A stretch of 11,885 nucleotides of DNA from Candidatus Caldarchaeum sp. (GTDB taxonomy: Archaea > Thermoproteota > Nitrososphaeria_A > Caldarchaeales > Caldarchaeaceae), in contig JAWBRA010000038.1 in NCBI GenBank assembly GCA_038844785.1, positions 1-11,885 on the forward strand, read 5' to 3'. This document shows positions 7,497 to 11,885 of the stretch, in pieces. Made by a program: the position numbers and the translations under genes. How positions within the stretch are numbered: position 1 is the stretch's first letter; the number at the start of each line of letters is the position of its first letter. The notes under the pieces were generated by a model. The model worked only from the letters and a program-made list of their open reading frames with translations, searched no databases and was not told the origin of the DNA.

Positions 7497-8102
7497 GTGG
7501 TTGTAAGTAGAAGGGGCAGAAGCTTTTTCGAAAAGGTTGTGACGCCTGTTGTCAGCGTTTTTGCCCGCGCTGGTTTTACCCCCAACATGCTTACTTTTTT
7601 GGGGCTTGTGGCTACGGCTGCATCTCTTCTCTTCTACATGCTTGCAAAAGCCAACAGCATTTACTTTCTGTTTGCAGCGTTGTTTCTGTCTGTGGGCAGT
7701 CTTTTGGACGGTTTGGACGGGTTTTTAGCCCGCCAGACCGGGAGACAGTCGAACGCAGGGGCTTTCCTCGACTCTTTCATCGACAGAGTCTCCGACACAC
7801 TCATCGTTGTTGGCTTCATGCTGACAGGTTTTGTTGACGGGTTTCTCGCGGTAGCTATGCTGGCTTCAAGCATGTTGGTCAGCTACGCAAGAGCGAGGGG
7901 TGAGTCGTTGAACGTCAGTTTGAGGGAAGTAGGGTTTGGCGAAAGGGCTGTGAGGCTTTTCGCAGCGATAGCGGGAACGTTGCTGGCCGTCGTCCATCCG
8001 CTGGCCCTTCAAGCTTCAGCAATCTTCATCACCGTTGTTTCGACTGTTACGGTCGTCCAAAGAGTCTGGGCAACGATGTCCATTCTCTCGGGGAGGAGAT
8101 AG
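7497..8102 (+). CDS. CDP-alcohol phosphatidyltransferase (archaetidylinositol phosphate synthase-like)
   Basis: TPNMLT, signature DGLDGFLAR...GAFLDSFIDR, VSYARARGE and GFGERAVR, with several transmembrane segments. GTG start after GGTGG. Confidence 0.9.
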   Translation: MVVSRRGRSFFEKVVTPVVSVFARAGFTPNMLTFLGLVATAASLLFYMLAKANSIYFLFAALFLSVGSLLDGLDGFLARQTGRQSNAGAFLDSFIDRVSDTLIVVGFMLTGFVDGFLAVAMLASSMLVSYARARGESLNVSLREVGFGERAVRLFAAIAGTLLAVVHPLALQASAIFITVVSTVTVVQRVWATMSILSGRR

Positions 8103-8104
8103 CC

Positions 8105-8581
8105 GTGGAAAAGATTGTGCTCAAGCCGATAGGCTACGTGTCTCAGGGCATGCCCGTCGACAAAACCGTGAAATGGAACCGCTGGACAGACCCCTCAACC
8201 ATCATAATCAACGAAGAATACCGGCCCGGGCTCGAAGGCCTCGAAGAATACAGCCACGTGTTCATCATATACTTCATGCACGTAAGCCATCCAGCCGAGC
8301 TGAAGATAAGGCCGAGGAGCAGAGCCGACATGCCTGAGGTAGGTGTTTTCGCCTCAAGGGCTCCCAGCAGACCCAACCCGATAGGCTTGACCGTCTGCAA
8401 GCTCCTCGAGGTTGGTGAGGGTTTCCTGAAGGTTGTCGGCTTGGACGCTTACACTGGAACACCGGTCCTAGACATAAAGCCATACGACTACTACGACGTC
8501 ATCAAGCAGCCCAAAGTCCCCTCATGGTTTGAGAAAATCTGGGCGGAGAGGGTCAACAACCTGTCAACAGAAAATCCCTGA
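8105..8581 (+). CDS. tsaA: TrmO/TsaA (YaeB) family tRNA m6t6A37 methyltransferase-like SAM-binding protein
   Basis: LKPIGYV, GLEGLEEYSHV, GVFASRAPSRPNPIGLT and GLDAYTGTPVLDIKPY. GTG start 2 nt after the upstream stop, with GGAGG/GGAG upstream. Confidence 0.9.
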   Translation: MEKIVLKPIGYVSQGMPVDKTVKWNRWTDPSTIIINEEYRPGLEGLEEYSHVFIIYFMHVSHPAELKIRPRSRADMPEVGVFASRAPSRPNPIGLTVCKLLEVGEGFLKVVGLDAYTGTPVLDIKPYDYYDVIKQPKVPSWFEKIWAERVNNLSTENP

Positions 8582-8675
8582 CGGAGCCGTCGTTTATATT
8601 TCAGATGCCTAATTTGTAAGGTATATGCCCCAAACATCTAAATAAATCAAGGACATATTTTTTAGCGAAGACTAT

Positions 8676-10250
8676 ATGTTGGCAGGGCAAAACGTTTCCC
8701 TTCTAATGCCCGTAAGTGCTTTCGGAGTTTATCTTCACGCGTTCTTCGTAAGCCTGACCTTGGGCTTGCCTTTAATCATCTCATCCCTGCTTTTCAGTTG
8801 GTGGAGGACGGGTGACGAGGACTACTACAAGGCTGCGAGAATCACTACGGGTGTTTTAGCGGTCAACTTCGCCCTCGGAGCCATCATGGGAACGCTTGTC
8901 GAGTTCGGTCTTGTCCAAGCCTGGCCCGGCTCTATATACGCCGTCGCCACCGTTGCCTTCGCACCCCTCGCCTCCGAGCTGGTCGCATTCATTGGCGAGA
9001 TCGTCTTTCTGGTGGCCTTCATCGTCACGCTGCGTTGGGTTAAGCCTTGGATGAGCATAGGTTTGATGGCGGGATACTTTGCTTTCGCAGGTTTTTCAGG
9101 CGTTCTGATTACTTTGGTCAACAGCTGGCTCAACGTCCCGTGGGGCACGGGCCCGCTCGCGTCAGTTCTCTATCCATACCTGCCGAGCTACGGTCCCACA
9201 GCCTTCGACATACCGGTCCTCGTAGCTGTTAAACTTGCTCTCGTAGACAGCCTCCTTACAGCAGGCACCGCCTCGCAGATTCTGCAGAACCCCGAAACAG
9301 CCAAAGCCATCGGCATAAGCCTGAACGACCTCTTCGTAGCCTTCAACTCTCCCTACGGGCTTGCAAGCGTGGCCCACAACCTATCAGCCGCGATAATCAT
9401 AGGCATGGCCTTTGCCGCAGCAGCCTTCGCTTACAAACATCTCCGAACAGGAGACACAAAATACGTCAAACTCATCAGACCGTTCCTCCCCATCCTGCTG
9501 ATACTGCTCATTCTCCAGCCGATTGTTTTCGGACACAACATGGGCAGCGCTGTCGCAGCATACATGCCGACAAAATTCGCCATGATGGAGGGAGTTTACA
9601 CAACAAAGCAAAACCCGCTGATCTCGTTCCTCGCATACGGAGACCCGTCAAAACCCATATTGGGATTCGATGAATTTGTCAAAAAATGTGAGACGCATGG
9701 AGATATAACGGTTGGAAATGTTGCGGCACAGGTTTTACCCAATTACATCCCGGGCCCCTCCAGCAACATCAAGTTGAAAGACCTATGCCTGATGGATTTG
9801 GCCGAAGCACAAAACCGTGTTGCAGTCATTAACGCAGCATTCTACGTCAAGATAGGTGCTGGCGTGGTTGCCTTGACCGCTGTCATAGGCCTTGTCTCAG
9901 CAACGTTCAACATCGGCTTGCTCAGCCGTATCGTCTCAACCTTCTCCAACAGGTTTGGAAAAAGACAACTAGTTTTCCTTTTCGCATTGCTTGTGGTGAT
10001 AGGCTCTGTTCTGCCAGCTGTTCTGGGCTGGTACGTTAGGGAAGCAGGTAGGAAGCCGTGGACTGTTTACGGGCTGCTGACCCCAGCCGAGCTCGTTACA
10101 CCTGTTTCAGTCCAACCGGTGACAATAGCCATTTTCACAGCAGTCTTCACGGCCATGGCCTTCGGAGGGGTTTATGGCATGTATCTTGTGGCCACCAAGC
10201 CTCTATTGTTCGTCAAGCTTCTGAGGAAAGGGGCGGGTGAGGAAGAGTGA
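8676..10250 (+). CDS. cydA: Cytochrome bd-type quinol oxidase subunit I (CydA of CydAA' type)
   Basis: H21 in YLHAFFV, FALGAIMGTLVEFG, H234 (AHN), Q-loop PTKFAMMEG (K300/E305) and GWYVREAGRKPWTVYGL (E456), with about 9 hydrophobic segments. TATA-like TAAATAAA about 30 nt upstream. Confidence 0.92.
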   Translation: MLAGQNVSLLMPVSAFGVYLHAFFVSLTLGLPLIISSLLFSWWRTGDEDYYKAARITTGVLAVNFALGAIMGTLVEFGLVQAWPGSIYAVATVAFAPLASELVAFIGEIVFLVAFIVTLRWVKPWMSIGLMAGYFAFAGFSGVLITLVNSWLNVPWGTGPLASVLYPYLPSYGPTAFDIPVLVAVKLALVDSLLTAGTASQILQNPETAKAIGISLNDLFVAFNSPYGLASVAHNLSAAIIIGMAFAAAAFAYKHLRTGDTKYVKLIRPFLPILLILLILQPIVFGHNMGSAVAAYMPTKFAMMEGVYTTKQNPLISFLAYGDPSKPILGFDEFVKKCETHGDITVGNVAAQVLPNYIPGPSSNIKLKDLCLMDLAEAQNRVAVINAAFYVKIGAGVVALTAVIGLVSATFNIGLLSRIVSTFSNRFGKRQLVFLFALLVVIGSVLPAVLGWYVREAGRKPWTVYGLLTPAELVTPVSVQPVTIAIFTAVFTAMAFGGVYGMYLVATKPLLFVKLLRKGAGEEE

Positions 10251-11374
10251 ACGGGACGGAGCTTTTCGTCTTCAGCCTCCTCGGAATAGCGGTCATAATC
10301 CACATCATATTCGTAAACATCACTATGGGGACGGGATTCATCTCGGCCATGGCCCGTTTCCTGGCATGGCGTCGAAACGACCCCAGCCTTGAAATCATGT
10401 CGCGACGTGTCTTCAAGATTCTCGTGGTTCACGAGTTGTTTAGCGGTGTTTGGGGAACGGTCATCACCGTGGTTTTGGCCGCTTTTTTGCCCACGCTTCT
10501 CGCCATAGCTGTTGACGTGATGTTCTTCCCGCTGCTCATTGCATTATCGGCCATCATAATAAGAATTCCGACAATTGCGCTTTTCTGGTATACGTGGGGC
10601 AAAATCGAGCCGCGCATCCACTCCATCATAGGCTTTGTGATGGCGTTGTCAGGCTTCGCTGTCCCCATGGGTTTCAGATACATCTTCGCCGAGATAACCT
10701 ACCCGCACGGCGTTGGTTTGGCGCTTCAAAACCTGAGAGATGCCGCAAGGATTGAGGTGTTCGCCAACCCGCTCTACCCGCCGCTGATTCTCCACACGTG
10801 GGCTGGTGCTCTGTTAGTCGGCGGGTTCATAACCGCGTCCTTCTTCGCGATCAAAGGCAATGTCTCGCCGAAATTTCTGTGGATAGGGCTTTGGCACGGT
10901 ATCATCTTCCTCGCAGTGCAACCCTTCATCGGCCTCTGGTACCTAACATCTCTAAACACTTACGCGCCAATACTGTACAGTAACATTTTAGGAACGGCGA
11001 CGTTCAACCTTCTGCCGATGTTCGGGCTTAAGGCCGTGGTTTTCGCCAGCCTAGCCGCTGTTTCGGCGTTTGTCTGGAAGAAAGTGAAGAGAGGGGAAGG
11101 CAGTGTTCCGCGATATGCGATTGCTCTTGGTCCTTTAGCGGTTTTGGCGGTGCTTGCCGGCGAATTCATCAACGACGCCGGGAGATACCCATTCCTCGTT
11201 TTAGTCAAGGACGCTGGCTTGCCCCCTTCTGTTTTCTCAAACCTTTACATCCAGATTCCGTATCAGCTGGTTTTTGCCATACTCGGCGTGCTCGTCATCT
11301 TTCTGGGAGGGTTCATACTGACAGTGTACTACGCTCTCAACAAACGATTTCTGGTGGACATGCCTGAAGTTTAA
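10247..11374 (+). CDS. CydA' - second, shortened CydA-homologous subunit (in place of CydB)
   Basis: CydA-like motifs HIIFVNITMG, ELFSGVWG, LHTW and GEFINDAGRYPFLV, with no Q-loop K/E motif. GTGA start/stop overlap with cydA and an upstream GGTGAGG SD. Confidence 0.82.
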   Translation: MNGTELFVFSLLGIAVIIHIIFVNITMGTGFISAMARFLAWRRNDPSLEIMSRRVFKILVVHELFSGVWGTVITVVLAAFLPTLLAIAVDVMFFPLLIALSAIIIRIPTIALFWYTWGKIEPRIHSIIGFVMALSGFAVPMGFRYIFAEITYPHGVGLALQNLRDAARIEVFANPLYPPLILHTWAGALLVGGFITASFFAIKGNVSPKFLWIGLWHGIIFLAVQPFIGLWYLTSLNTYAPILYSNILGTATFNLLPMFGLKAVVFASLAAVSAFVWKKVKRGEGSVPRYAIALGPLAVLAVLAGEFINDAGRYPFLVLVKDAGLPPSVFSNLYIQIPYQLVFAILGVLVIFLGGFILTVYYALNKRFLVDMPEV

Positions 11375-11385
11375 CCATTTATTTT

Positions 11386-11763
11386 TTACCCGATTCCCTC
11401 AGGTCTTTTGAAGTTTATCGAGCCGTTGTTGAAGGTGATTTCGTAAACCTCGTTAACCTCGAGCTTGACGTTAAGCATGTCATATTCCTGCTCGGTGATG
11501 TAGAGTATTATTTTCGGGAAGATGTTTTCGCGGGTTACAGGCATCAGGCCCATCGACTGAAGCTGCAGCATGGCTGTTTGAAGCATCCTCTGCACCATCA
11601 GCGACTCCTCGCCCAATCCCGCAGGCTGGAAACCGCCGCTTCTCCTAACCTCGACAAGCTCGATAACCTTCCCCGGCCTCATCGTCTCCGGGTCCGTGTA
11701 GCTCGTGATTCTCTGAACTTTGACCAACACCAAGCCGGTTCCCTTCGGAAAGCTCTGCTGCAA
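11386..11763 (-). CDS. Arcadin-1 family protein (crenactin/arcade-associated)
   Basis: Pattern resembles Pyrobaculum arcadin-1 as I recall it: N-terminal strands with YTDP, a central Q/M-rich helix, PKIILYITEQEYD and VNEVYEITFNNGSI. TTG start uncertain. Own TATA-like TTTATAT at 11788-11782. Confidence 0.72.
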   Translation of the reverse strand: MQQSFPKGTGLVLVKVQRITSYTDPETMRPGKVIELVEVRRSGGFQPAGLGEESLMVQRMLQTAMLQLQSMGLMPVTRENIFPKIILYITEQEYDMLNVKLEVNEVYEITFNNGSINFKRPEGIG

Positions 11764-11791
11764 ATAAACTCACTAACATCAATATAAAGGC

Positions 11792-11885
11792 TTAGCTCAA
11801 GCCCTGAAACACATCATACACCACAACACCTTCAGCGGCAACGGTCTTCAACCATCTACCATCTCTCATCGACTCATACTTTTTT
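11792..11885 (-). CDS. Partial CDS (3' end only), unknown function
   Basis: Open minus-strand frame from the window edge, KKYESMRDGRWLKTVAAEGVVVYDVFQGLS*, with stop at 11794-11792. EGVVVYD is reminiscent of minimal nucleotidyltransferase C-termini. Confidence 0.45.
   Translation of the reverse strand, partial: KKYESMRDGRWLKTVAAEGVVVYDVFQGLS

Noticed and set aside
8593-8646. Imperfect inverted repeat (ATTTCAGATG ... CATCTAAAT) upstream of cydA as an O2-responsive operator
   Set aside because: It needs a gap and a long spacer in AT-rich sequence, so it is not distinguishable from chance without comparative data.
10247-11374. Calling the second oxidase subunit CydB
   Set aside because: It has no CydB-type motifs (e.g. 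LDGFDxG, WDGNEVW) and instead shows CydA-type His and GRxP motifs.
25-11787. Numerous 60-165 aa antisense or alternative-frame ORFs (e.g. 539-949, 607-1101, 3046-3435, 5991-6308, 8035-8337, 8825-9148)
   Set aside because: They are shadow ORFs overlapping well-supported genes, with no recognisable motifs or expression signals.
11792-11885. Partial ORF as crenactin or as a nucleotidyltransferase toxin-antitoxin gene
   Set aside because: 30 residues is too little to assign. It shows no resemblance to an actin C-terminus and the MNT similarity is a single short motif.
1-11885. tRNA, rRNA, transposase, integrase or defence-system genes
   Set aside because: Intergenic gaps are short and show no cloverleaf or rRNA signatures. 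No protein has mobile-element motifs, and the ATPase lacks an evident nuclease domain or partner.

Overview
Gene-dense archaeal chromosomal segment. It shows TATA-box promoters 25-30 nt upstream of apparently leaderless starts, a CdrS-like RHH gene coupled to ftsZ, an archaeal ATPase, a CydAA' oxidase and arcadin-1. The gene mix suggests a thermophilic TACK archaeon such as an Aigarchaeote/Caldarchaeum relative, which is inference only. From left to right: DUF355/adenosine-specific kinase family (-), trans-polyprenyl diphosphate synthase (-), NfsA-like nitroreductase (-), ftsZ (-), CdrS-like RHH regulator (-), stand-alone TOPRIM protein (+), SCP2 lipid carrier (-) divergent from an AMP-forming acyl-CoA synthetase (+), archaeal P-loop ATPase with probable C-terminal wHTH (+), CDP-alcohol phosphatidyltransferase (+), TrmO/TsaA (+), cytochrome bd-type cydA-cydA' (+), arcadin-1 (-), and the 3' end of another gene (-). 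I saw no RNA genes, CRISPR arrays or mobile elements. The most notable signals are (i) a tandem pair of 16-bp palindromes over the promoter and start of the ATPase gene, (ii) a CydAA' oxidase whose heme b558 Met ligand appears to be Lys, (iii) a haloarchaeal-type cdrS-ftsZ unit near an arcadin-1 with no adjacent crenactin, and (iv) a prenyltransferase lacking the usual chain-length-limiting bulky residues. All family calls come from motif recognition by eye, not database searches.
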